Shown one piece after another: positions 50,905-59,728 of a stretch of DNA of 64,000 nt. The stretch covers positions 15,005 through 79,004 of the forward strand of contig CAVWJB010000003.1 of assembly GCA_963755285.1 (NCBI GenBank), written 5' to 3'. The position numbers and the translations under genes were made by a program. How positions within the stretch are numbered: the first letter of the stretch is position 1; the number at the start of each line of letters is the position of its first letter. This DNA is from an uncultured Chloroflexia bacterium (GTDB taxonomy: Bacteria; Chloroflexota; Limnocylindria; Limnocylindrales; CSP1-4). The notes beneath the pieces are model-generated. The model had not been told where the DNA came from and did no database searches. It was given only the letters and a program-made list of their open reading frames with translations.

Positions 50905-52518
50905 ATGACGATGACCAGACGGATCGTCCGGGCCGCGCTGATCGTCGGGTTGGCGCTGCTCTGGCTCGCTCCGAGCGCTTCCTCGGCGGCCGAGCCCAAC
51001 TTCCCGGCCAAGGACTCGCTCTACCACAACTACCCCGAGATGGTCGACGAGATCATGGCCGCCCAGGCCGCCTACCCCGACCTCGTCGCGATCTCGTCGA
51101 TCGGCAAGAGCTACAAGGGTCGCGACATCTGGATCGCCAAGGTGTCCGACCACGTCACGGTCGACGAGCCGGAGCCCGAGGTGCTGGTCGACGCGCTCCA
51201 CCACGCTCGCGAGCACCTCACGACCGAGCAGGCCCTCTACCTGCTCAAGGTCCTGACCCAGGGCTACGCCGGCGACAGCCAGGTCAAGACCCTCGTCGAC
51301 AGCCGCGAGATCTGGATCGTCTTCGCGCTCAACCCCGACGGGATGCAGTACGACCTGACCGGCAATCCGTACCGCGAGTGGCGCAAGAACCGCCAGCCGA
51401 CGCCCGGCTCGTCGAAGGTCGGGACCGACCTCAACCGGAACTACGACTACGCCTGGCGCTGCTGCGGGGGGTCGTCCGGTTCACCGGGCTCGCTCACCTA
51501 CCGGGGCTGGAAGCCGTTCTCCGCGCCCGAGACCCAGGCGATGCGCGACTTCGTCAGGAGTCGGGTCGTCGACGGGCGGCAGCAGATCCGGCTGCACCTC
51601 ACCCTCCACACGAATGGCCAGCTCGTCCTCTGGCCGTACGGGCACACGAAGAAGAACGTCCCCTCGGACATGACGAGCGTGGATCACAACGCGTTCGTCG
51701 CGCTCGGCAAGCGGATGGCCCAGCGCAACGGCTACAAGGCCGAGCAGTCGAGCGACCTGTACATCACCGACGGCGATCAGATCGACTGGATGTACGGCCG
51801 CTACCGGATCTTCTCGTTCACCTGGGAGCTGTACCCGAGCGAGCACCACACGGTCGCGGACTTCTATCCGCCCGATGAGCGGATCGCCCCGCAGGTCGCC
51901 CGGAACCGGTCGGCGCTGCTGTACGCGATCGACATGGCCGGCTGCCCATATGCGCCACTGTCCCGGCAGAAGACGAACTGCGGACCGCTCTACGACGACT
52001 TCGAGATCAATCGGGGCTGGGTCCGCAACCCGGACGGCACCGACACCGCCACCGACGGCGTCTGGCAGATCGGGAATCCGGCGGCCGTGACGAGCTCGGG
52101 TCCGAAGCAGCTCGGGACGACGACGTCGGGCCGCTACGCGCTCGTGACCGGGGTCGGCGCCGCGACGAAGACGAACGCCCACGACCTCGACGGCGGGACG
52201 ACCACGATGCGATCGGCACCGGTCGCACTGGGCGCCACGGTCGGCGACCTGACCTTCCGCTACTCCTTCGCCCACCGCTCGAACTCGAGCGCGGCGGACT
52301 GGTTCCGGGTCTGGGTCGAGGCCGAGGACGGCACCCGGACGCTCGTCAAGCAGGAGCTCGGCAAGGCCGCCGACGACGACGCCCGCTGGGCCTCGGCCCG
52401 GATCGCGATGACGCCGTGGGCGGGCCAGAAGGTCCGGATCGTGATCGGCGCTGCCGACGGCGCCAACGACACACGGGTCGAGGCGGCCGTCGACGACCTC
52501 AGGATCGAGCGACCGTAG
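50905..52518 (+). CDS. secreted M14 zinc carboxypeptidase with a C-terminal beta-rich domain
   Basis: ATG 50905 begins MTMTRRIVRAALIVGLALLWLAPSASSAAEP (signal peptide). It contains YHNYPEM…GKSYKGRDIW, the zinc-binding motif HHAREH (HxxE), NPDG…WRKNR, DLNRNY and WELY. Confidence 0.9.
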   Translation: MTMTRRIVRAALIVGLALLWLAPSASSAAEPNFPAKDSLYHNYPEMVDEIMAAQAAYPDLVAISSIGKSYKGRDIWIAKVSDHVTVDEPEPEVLVDALHHAREHLTTEQALYLLKVLTQGYAGDSQVKTLVDSREIWIVFALNPDGMQYDLTGNPYREWRKNRQPTPGSSKVGTDLNRNYDYAWRCCGGSSGSPGSLTYRGWKPFSAPETQAMRDFVRSRVVDGRQQIRLHLTLHTNGQLVLWPYGHTKKNVPSDMTSVDHNAFVALGKRMAQRNGYKAEQSSDLYITDGDQIDWMYGRYRIFSFTWELYPSEHHTVADFYPPDERIAPQVARNRSALLYAIDMAGCPYAPLSRQKTNCGPLYDDFEINRGWVRNPDGTDTATDGVWQIGNPAAVTSSGPKQLGTTTSGRYALVTGVGAATKTNAHDLDGGTTTMRSAPVALGATVGDLTFRYSFAHRSNSSAADWFRVWVEAEDGTRTLVKQELGKAADDDARWASARIAMTPWAGQKVRIVIGAADGANDTRVEAAVDDLRIERP

Positions 52519-52635
52519 GTCCGGCCGCCCCCGCTGCCTCACCGTGGTCCGAGGGCGGGACCTGGCTGCGCGTGGCAAGTTGACGCCCGACCGCTATCAT
52601 CCCCCATCGAATGGGCACGACCCCATCGGGTTCCG

Positions 52636-54417
52636 ATGGGGCGGTCGGTCAGCGCGAGCCGAATGACGGACGACGAGCCGAAGCAGGCGATACCGGGGGA
52701 CCAGCCGGAGGGTCGAGGGCCTGACGCCGAGACCCCCGATCCGGCGACCGAGCCGACGGTTTCGGAGCCAGTGGCGGCGGCGGAGACCGACACGGTCGGG
52801 GAACCCGCTCCGGTCACGGAGCCCACCGCGGAGTCGGAGTCGCCCGCGGAGTCGGAGTCGAAGCCGTCGCAGCCGTTGCCCGAGCCCGTCGCCCGCACGT
52901 ACGGGCCGGCCTGGTTGACGATCGTCGGTGGGGCGATCGTGCCCGGGCTCGGCCACCTCCTGCTCGGTCGACGGCGGCGCGCCGCGCTCCTGTTCGCGCC
53001 GATCCTCGTCCTCGCGGCGGTCGTCAGCGTCGTGCTGCTGGTCAGCCCCGATCGGGCCAACCTGGCCGGCGAGCTGCTCGACCCGAACGCGCTCGAGGCC
53101 ATGGCGATCGTCGTCGCCGCGGTCGGGCTCTACCGCCTGGCCGTCCTCGGAGCCACCTTCCTGCTCGCGGCGCGGGTCCGGCCGACGACGCCGACCCGAT
53201 TCGCCGCCCGGAGCGTCCTCGCGCTCGTCCTGGCGTTCGTCGTGGTCGCCCCGCACGTCATCGTCGGAGCGGTCATCGCGGACACCCGGGAGACGATCGT
53301 CGAGGTGTTCGACCCGAGCGCGGTCGGCTCGAGCGACGACGGTACCGGCACCGGCGCGGGTTCGCTCGGCGACGTGATCCCGCCGGTCGAGCCCGATCCG
53401 ACCGATCTCGACGAGCCGACGCCGACCCCCGGCACTGGCGCCACCGGATCCCCGACCGCCCCGCCGAGTCCCAGCCCGACGCCGATCCCCGGACCGGCCT
53501 GGGAGGCCGACGGACGGCTCAACGTGCTGTTGATCGGTGCCGATGCCGGCCCCGACCGCTGGAGCCTGCGCACGGACACGATGATCCTGCTGTCGGTCGA
53601 CGTCGCCAGCGGCCGCTCCGCGATGTTCGGGTTCCCACGGAACATGGTCGGTGCGCCGCTCCCCAAGGAGAGCGCCGGGGCGGTGCCGGGCGGTCGCTAC
53701 CCGGGCCTGCTCAACTCGCTCTACGTGTACGCCAACGCCCGGCCCGGACAGTTCCCGGGTGGCCAGAGCCGTGGGTTCCGGGCAATCGGAGGGACGATCC
53801 AGAAGCTCGCGGGCGTGCCGGTCGACGGGATCGCGGTCGTCAACCTGAACGGCTTCGTCCGGCTGGTGGATGCGCTCGGCGGGGTGACGATCGACATCCC
53901 GACACCGCTCTACGACAGCCACTATCCGCTCGAGAACGGGACCGGCGACGTCGTCGCCTATTTCAAGGCCGGTCGCCAGCACCTCAACGGCCACCGGGCA
54001 CTGATGTACGCCCGATCGCGCCACCAGGATTCCGACTACGGCCGGATGCGCCGCCAGCAGGCGGTCCTGCTCGCCCTCCGGGCCCGGCTCAAGCCGTGCA
54101 GTCTCATCCCGCGCGTCCCGACCCTGCTCAAGATCGCCCGGGACGATGCCTGGACGAGCTTCAAGCCGAGCGACCTGCCGAGCCTGCTGAGCCTCGCCGC
54201 CCGGACCGACACGAAGCACGTCAAGAGCGTGATGTTCGCGCCGCCGACCTACCCCGAGTACATCAGCGACGCCGAGATCCGCCAGATCCACAAGGTCGTC
54301 CGCGGGATCTTCCCGAGCAACGAGCCGGAGCCGACCGCAACCCCGCCGCCGGTCCTGGCGCCCGATCCCGAGGAGCCCACGCTCGCCCCGAGCGACGAGC
54401 CCGATCCCTGCGCCTGA
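52636..54417 (+). CDS. LytR-CpsA-Psr (LCP) family protein with an acidic/Pro-rich N-terminal region and 3-4 TM helices
   Basis: The LCP core reads LNVLLIGADAG…RTDTMILLSVD…FPRN…LNSLY…GVPVDGIAVVNLNGFVRLVDALGGVTID…LNGHRALMYARSRH…DYGRMRRQQ. An alternative start is ATG 52663. Confidence 0.9.
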   Translation: MGRSVSASRMTDDEPKQAIPGDQPEGRGPDAETPDPATEPTVSEPVAAAETDTVGEPAPVTEPTAESESPAESESKPSQPLPEPVARTYGPAWLTIVGGAIVPGLGHLLLGRRRRAALLFAPILVLAAVVSVVLLVSPDRANLAGELLDPNALEAMAIVVAAVGLYRLAVLGATFLLAARVRPTTPTRFAARSVLALVLAFVVVAPHVIVGAVIADTRETIVEVFDPSAVGSSDDGTGTGAGSLGDVIPPVEPDPTDLDEPTPTPGTGATGSPTAPPSPSPTPIPGPAWEADGRLNVLLIGADAGPDRWSLRTDTMILLSVDVASGRSAMFGFPRNMVGAPLPKESAGAVPGGRYPGLLNSLYVYANARPGQFPGGQSRGFRAIGGTIQKLAGVPVDGIAVVNLNGFVRLVDALGGVTIDIPTPLYDSHYPLENGTGDVVAYFKAGRQHLNGHRALMYARSRHQDSDYGRMRRQQAVLLALRARLKPCSLIPRVPTLLKIARDDAWTSFKPSDLPSLLSLAARTDTKHVKSVMFAPPTYPEYISDAEIRQIHKVVRGIFPSNEPEPTATPPPVLAPDPEEPTLAPSDEPDPCA

Positions 54418-54420
54418 GCG

Positions 54421-56781
54421 CTACCAGAGACCGATCCGGAGGAGTCGTAACAGGTCCGGGTGATCGTCGGTCAGCGGACGGATCCCCTCGCGGATCGGCT
54501 GCCAGCCGGCCGTCAGGAGGCCCGGGACGTCGGCCGGGTCGGTCGTGGCGACGAGCCAGTCGCTGAGCGCGGCGTGGAGCTTCTGATCCGCCTCGCTCGG
54601 CTGGTAGACCCGTTCCAGAACGGTCAAGTCCGCTGCGCGAGCGGCACTCGCGACGGCCGGTGCGAGGTCGTAGTAGCGATTCGAGACGTGGATCGCGAGC
54701 AGCCCGCCAGGGCGGAGGACCCGGGCGTCGTCGGCCAGCGCCTCGGTCGTCAGGAGATGGGCCGGGATCGCGTCGGACGAGAACGCGTCGAGGACCAGCA
54801 CGTCGTAGGTGGCGGCAGGGACCGTGGCCAGCGACAGCCTCGCGTCGCCTTCGACGATCGCCGGCCGAACGGCCGCGTCGGACAGCCAGGTGAAGTAGTC
54901 CGGGTCCGAGGCGACCCGGATCACCAGCGGGTCGATCTCGTAGAAGGTCACCGAATCGGCCGCAGTCGCCCATGCCGCGACGGTGCCCGAGCCCAGGCCG
55001 ACGACGCCGATCGCCCGGCTGGCATCGGCGCCCGGTCGTGCCCGGGCGATCGCGAACACGTCCTGGAGCGGACCGTGGATCGCGTAGTACGACCCTGGCA
55101 GGCGGCGCTCGGCCGGGTCGGTCGACTGGATCCCGTGGACCGTCGTCCCGTTCATCAGGACGGTCACCGGGCTGCCGGGCGGCCGGAGGACCGCGGTCAC
55201 CCCGAAGAAGCTCCGATCCTGGAAGATCGCCGCCGGCGACAGGACGAACACCGCCAGGGCGAGCACCAGCGCGGTCGACACGAACAGGAAGCGCGGCTGA
55301 CCCCCGACGAGCAGGACCAACCCACCGACCAGCAGCCAGCGGGCGCCGGACTCCAGCCCGATCGAGCCTCCAGCCGCGAGGCCTGCACCGAGCAGGATCG
55401 AGGCGGCGACGTACGGCCCGAGGCGAGCGGGCGCGCCGGCGAAGAACGGCGACAGGTCGACGCCGCGGTGCGTCGTCGGGCCCGGCGCGTCCGTGTCCGG
55501 AGCGGCGGCCGTTGACCCGCCTCGCCGCGAGAGCGCCATCGCCCCGAGGGCGAGAACGAGCAGCAGCGGGTACTCCCAGACCCCCTTGAACAATGTCGGA
55601 GCGACGATCGCGACGAGCGAGCTGGCGAGCACCCCACCGGCCGAGATCACCAGGTAGAACTCGGTCAGCTGAGCGGGGGCCGGACGGTCGGCCGCCAGCC
55701 GGCCGTGGAGCGTCGTCGCGACGATCCCGAGCCCGAGGAACTCGACGACCACGAGCGGCGCGATCGGCCAGCCGGCGGCCGACCCGAACGGGACCCAGAG
55801 CAGGGTCACCGCCGCCGGCGCGAGCCACTCCGCGCCCGGCAGGATCCGGCGGCCACGCTCGGAGAACGCGACGACGAACGTCAACAGGTAGATCGCCAGC
55901 GGCACCACCCAGAGCAGCGGTGCCGAGATGAGATCGGTGGTGATGAAGTTCGTGACCGCCGACAGGAGGCCCGACGGGACGGCCGCCAGCAGGAGCCAGC
56001 GGGCGCGACGCGGCCAGTCGATCGTGTCGGCGTCGGTCGCGCTCGTCGCCGCCGTTCGGGTCGTCGACGGCCCTCGGCTCGCCGCCGCGCCGACCCGCGG
56101 CCCGACGCGGCGAAGGACGAACCCGGCGCAGGCCGCCAGGCAGGCGACCAGGATCACCACCCCGGCCGCCCAGGCGGTCCGCTGCACGGTCAGCCCGAGT
56201 GCCGGCTCGATCAGGAACGGATACGCCAGCAGCGCCGCGAAGGAGCCGGCATTGCTCAGCGCGTACAGCCAGTAGGGATCGGCAGGCACGCCCTCGGCCG
56301 ACCGGATCGCCGCAAACCAGGAGCTCAGCAGCGGTGTCGTCGCGGTCAGCAGGAGGGCCGGTGGGCCGACCGTCAGGGTCAGGATCCAGATGAGGTTGAC
56401 GACGGCCGGCTGAGCGACGTCGCGCAGGTCGCCGATCCGGGCGGGGGCGACGGTCATCGCGGCGAGAGCGACGACGGCCAGCACGACGTGGACGATCGCC
56501 CCGCGGCGCGGCCCGAGCCAGGTCGCCGAGACGTGGCCGTAGGCGTAACCGACGAGCAGGACCGCCTGGAAGAAGAACAGCACGGTCGCCCACACGGCCG
56601 GTGTCCCGCCGAACGTCGGCAGCGTCAGGCGCCCGACGAGCGGCTCGACCGAGAACAGCAGGAACGCCGACAGGGCGATCGTTGCAGCGAACGTCGGCAG
56701 GACCAGCACGGCCGGGCGGACCCGCGGGCGCACACCCTCGCGGGCAGCGGCTCCGACCAGGCGCTCGGCGTCGGTCGTCAT
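54421..56781 (-). CDS. polytopic membrane protein fused to a C-terminal spermidine-synthase-like (class I SAM-dependent transferase fold) domain
   Basis: This is the internal ATG 56781 of ORF 54421..57264; the upstream part overlaps the neighbouring reductase gene out of frame. About 14 TM helices are followed by …VLMNGTTVHG…IGVVGLGSGTVAAWA…YEIDP…YDVLVLDAFSSDAIPAHLLT…LRPGGLLAIHVSN. Confidence 0.82.
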   Translation of the reverse strand: MTTDAERLVGAAAREGVRPRVRPAVLVLPTFAATIALSAFLLFSVEPLVGRLTLPTFGGTPAVWATVLFFFQAVLLVGYAYGHVSATWLGPRRGAIVHVVLAVVALAAMTVAPARIGDLRDVAQPAVVNLIWILTLTVGPPALLLTATTPLLSSWFAAIRSAEGVPADPYWLYALSNAGSFAALLAYPFLIEPALGLTVQRTAWAAGVVILVACLAACAGFVLRRVGPRVGAAASRGPSTTRTAATSATDADTIDWPRRARWLLLAAVPSGLLSAVTNFITTDLISAPLLWVVPLAIYLLTFVVAFSERGRRILPGAEWLAPAAVTLLWVPFGSAAGWPIAPLVVVEFLGLGIVATTLHGRLAADRPAPAQLTEFYLVISAGGVLASSLVAIVAPTLFKGVWEYPLLLVLALGAMALSRRGGSTAAAPDTDAPGPTTHRGVDLSPFFAGAPARLGPYVAASILLGAGLAAGGSIGLESGARWLLVGGLVLLVGGQPRFLFVSTALVLALAVFVLSPAAIFQDRSFFGVTAVLRPPGSPVTVLMNGTTVHGIQSTDPAERRLPGSYYAIHGPLQDVFAIARARPGADASRAIGVVGLGSGTVAAWATAADSVTFYEIDPLVIRVASDPDYFTWLSDAAVRPAIVEGDARLSLATVPAATYDVLVLDAFSSDAIPAHLLTTEALADDARVLRPGGLLAIHVSNRYYDLAPAVASAARAADLTVLERVYQPSEADQKLHAALSDWLVATTDPADVPGLLTAGWQPIREGIRPLTDDHPDLLRLLRIGLW

Positions 56782-56876
56782 CGCCGAGCTCGGGTGAGGT
56801 TCATGACCGGTCGATGATCGCGGCTCGCGCTGGATCGGCACATGAACCGGTCGGCCCAGCGACCGACCGCCGTTGG

Positions 56877-58250
56877 TCAGGCGGTCCGGAGCTGGCGAGC
56901 GGCGTCGGCGAACAGGCCGTTGAAGATCCGCGAGGTCGACGGGAAGGCGTGGATCGTCTCGGCCAGGACGTCGACCGGAACTCGCGCCTTGATCGCCAGG
57001 ACGCATTCGTGGATCGCAGCGGAAGCGTCGGGGCAGGCCATCGCCGCCCCGATGAGCTCGCGGGTCCCACGGTCGACGACGATCGTCACGTGGCCGAGCT
57101 CGGCCTCGACCGAGTAGCCCTTGGCGGTGGACGCGAACGGCGTCGTCACCTCGAACGCGTCCCGTCCAGCCGACAGCGCCTCGTCGAGGGTGAGGCCGAC
57201 CGAGCTCGCCTCGGGATCGGTGTACGTCGCCCGGGGCAGCGCCCGGTAGTCGGGTACGACCCACTCACCGAGCGCCATCCGAACCGCGAGCTCACCCTGG
57301 TAGTGGGCCTGATGCGTGTGGAGCTCGGGACCGGCCGGATCGCCGACGACCCACAGCCCATCGGCGATCTTGAGCCGGCCGTCGCGCGGGAAGGGCGTCC
57401 GACCGGACACGTCGAGCCCGTAGTGCTCGAGGCCGAGCTCGTCGAGCGGGAACGCCCGGCCGACCGCGAGCAGGATCGCCGAGCCCTCGGCCGTCGAGCC
57501 GTCGTCGAGGTCCACGACGTGCGCGCCGGCCGTCCCGACTCCCGGGCGGGCCCGGATCGCGCGGACCCCGAGCCGGACGACCACCCCGTCGCGGACGAGG
57601 GCCCGCCCGACGGCCTCGGAGTTGCGCGGATGGTCGGTCGGCATGAGCCGCGGCCCGGACTGGACGATCGTCGTCGGGACGCCGAACCGGACGTAGACCT
57701 GGGCCAGCTCGCAGCCGGTCGGCCCGCCGCCCAGGACGAGCAGGCTGGCTGGCAGCTCACGGGCGAGCGTCGCCTCGCGGTTCGTCCAGCTCGGAACGCG
57801 CTCGATCGCCTCGATCGGCGGGACCTTTGTGGTCGAGCCGACCGCGATGACGACGTTCTTGGCGACCAGCTCGTGCAGCGCGTCGTCGTGGCGGACGTCG
57901 ACGCGGCCGCGGCCGACGATCCGACCGTCGCCGCGGACGACCGTGGCGCCGGCCGCCTCGAGCGCCGTGACGTGGCTCGTGTCGTCCGGCACGGCGGCAT
58001 CGGCCGGCCGGTTGACCATGTAGTCGCGCCGCGCCGAGGCCCGCGGCCAGTCGTAGCCGGCCGGGTTCGCCGCGTGACGGGCGGCAGCGTTCAGGAGCGA
58101 CTTCGACGGGACGCAGCCGATGAACGGGCAGCTCCCGCCGTACCAGCGCCGGTCGACGATCGCGACGGTCGCACCGAGCTCGCGGGCCTTGAACGCGGCC
58201 GCCTCACCGGCCGGGCCGGCCCCGACGATCACGAAGTCGAAGGTGTCCAT
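56877..58250 (-). CDS. class I pyridine nucleotide-disulfide oxidoreductase (dihydrolipoyl dehydrogenase/mercuric-reductase-like flavoprotein)
   Basis: It begins FDFVIVGAGPAGEAAA (FAD GxGxxG) and has the redox-active GGSCPFIGCVPSK (CxxxxC). The NAD-binding site is LLVLGGGPTGCELA, and the C-terminal dimerisation motif is HAFPSTS. Confidence 0.9.
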   Translation of the reverse strand: MDTFDFVIVGAGPAGEAAAFKARELGATVAIVDRRWYGGSCPFIGCVPSKSLLNAAARHAANPAGYDWPRASARRDYMVNRPADAAVPDDTSHVTALEAAGATVVRGDGRIVGRGRVDVRHDDALHELVAKNVVIAVGSTTKVPPIEAIERVPSWTNREATLARELPASLLVLGGGPTGCELAQVYVRFGVPTTIVQSGPRLMPTDHPRNSEAVGRALVRDGVVVRLGVRAIRARPGVGTAGAHVVDLDDGSTAEGSAILLAVGRAFPLDELGLEHYGLDVSGRTPFPRDGRLKIADGLWVVGDPAGPELHTHQAHYQGELAVRMALGEWVVPDYRALPRATYTDPEASSVGLTLDEALSAGRDAFEVTTPFASTAKGYSVEAELGHVTIVVDRGTRELIGAAMACPDASAAIHECVLAIKARVPVDVLAETIHAFPSTSRIFNGLFADAARQLRTA

Positions 58251-58457
58251 GTCGTCCCCTGGTCGCGGTCTGTTCGAACCCGACGGTAGCCCGTCCGGCC
58301 GACCGGCGTCACCCGAACCCGCAGCCGGCGCCGGCGACGCGGCAGACCTCCGCAGCGCCTCCGTGGCGGCTCCACATCGACTTCACAAGTCCAGTCGAGG
58401 ATGAGCCCATGAGCAACGCGGTCCGGGTGGACCGCAACGTCAAGGGAGATCGCGCAG

Positions 58458-58929
58458 ATGCGACATGTCATCGGACCGATCCTGGGCCTCCTCGGGATCC
58501 TCGCCATCCTGGGCCTCGTGGCCGGGATCGCCTATTCGGCCGGTCTGGGCGCCGCCGGGGTCGTCGTCGCCCCGGGCGCAACGACCACGGTCGTGCCGGC
58601 CGTCGCGCTACGGCTGGTACGGCGTCCCGTTCTTCGGGTTCGGGCACTTCCTGGTGTTCCTGTTCGTGTTCGTGCTGTTCATCGCGCTGCTCCGTCTCGC
58701 GTTCGGTGGCGGGCGGCGACGGCACGGCTACGGCTGGGGACCGGGTCACGGCTGGGGCCCCGGCTACGGCGGCCAGGGCGGCTCGGACGATCCGCGCGAG
58801 GCGTGGATCCGGTCACGGCTCGACGAGTGGCATCGGACGGCTCACGCGACGAGCGACACCCCGGCTGCGTCGAAGGCGCCGGGCGAGGGGTCGCCGAGCG
58901 GCTCGGGGCAGCCACCGGTGGCCGGCTAG
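58458..58929 (+). CDS. small membrane protein with a Gly/Trp/Tyr-rich segment; one frame break as sequenced
   Basis: ATG 58458 has AAGGGAG upstream and begins MRHVIGPILGLLGILAILGLVAGIAYSAGLGAAGVVVAPGATTTVVPAV. The +1 frame (track ORF 58465..58929) then gives YGWYGVPFFGFGHFLVFLFVFVLFIALLRLAFGGGRRRHGYGWGPGHGWGPGYGGQGGSDDPREAWIRSRLDEWHRTAH…. The shift is at about 58605. Confidence 0.55.
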
Positions 58930-59029
58930 CCGGCTCCCGCGACGGGCCCGGTCCACGTTCAGCCTCCGTTCGGCGCCGGGTTCCCATCGCCGGGGCCCGG
59001 CGCCTCCAACCGCCCGGGGGCGCCGTACG

Positions 59030-59728
59030 ATGCCGACGATGAAGACGATCCTGCTCGTCGACGACGAGCCCAAGATCCGCGAGCTCGCGCGCGACTACCT
59101 CGAGCATGCCGGCTTCGCGGTCGAGACGGCGGCCGACGGCCGCGCCGCCCTGACCGCCGTCCGGACCCGTTCGCCGGACCTCGTCGTGCTCGACCTCGGC
59201 CTGCCCGAGATCGACGGGCTCGAGGTCATCCGGACGCTCCGGCGCGACTCGGCGATCCCGATCGTGGTGCTGACCGCGCGCGACGACGAGATCGACAAGC
59301 TGTTGGGGCTCGAGCTCGGAGCCGACGACTACGTCACGAAGCCATTCAGCCCGCGCGAGCTCGTGGCCCGGGTCAAGGCGGTGCTCCGGCGATCCGAGCG
59401 GGCCGACGAGCCGAGCGACCTGATCCGCGCCGGCGACGTCACGCTCGACGTGCCGCGGATGCGGGTCGATGTCGCGGGCCGCGGCGTCGAGCTCACCCCG
59501 ACCGAGTTCCAGCTGCTCGCCACGCTGGCCCGCCGGCCGGGCCGGATCTTCACCCGGAGCCAGCTGCTCGACGCGCTCCGCGGAGTTGCCTTCGAATCGT
59601 ACGAGCGAGCCATCGACACCCACGTGAAGAACCTCCGCCGCAAGATCGAGCCGGACCCGCGCGAGCCGCGCTACGTGCTGACCGTGTACGGCGTCGGCTA
59701 CCGCTTCGCCGACGAGCGGCCGGCGTGA
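59030..59728 (+). CDS. OmpR/PhoB-family response regulator
   Basis: It begins M(PT)MKTILLVDDEPKIRELARDYLEHAGF and has DLVVLDLGLPEIDG (the phospho-Asp context) and KPFSPREL. The winged-helix part includes LTPTEFQLL…YGVGYRF. ATG 59039 is an equally good start. Confidence 0.95.
   Translation: MPTMKTILLVDDEPKIRELARDYLEHAGFAVETAADGRAALTAVRTRSPDLVVLDLGLPEIDGLEVIRTLRRDSAIPIVVLTARDDEIDKLLGLELGADDYVTKPFSPRELVARVKAVLRRSERADEPSDLIRAGDVTLDVPRMRVDVAGRGVELTPTEFQLLATLARRPGRIFTRSQLLDALRGVAFESYERAIDTHVKNLRRKIEPDPREPRYVLTVYGVGYRFADERPA

Noticed and set aside
52580-52600. TTGACG … TATCAT upstream of the LCP gene, considered as a promoter.
   Set aside because: The hexamers are separated by only 9 nt, far from the 16-18 nt needed for a sigma-70-type promoter.
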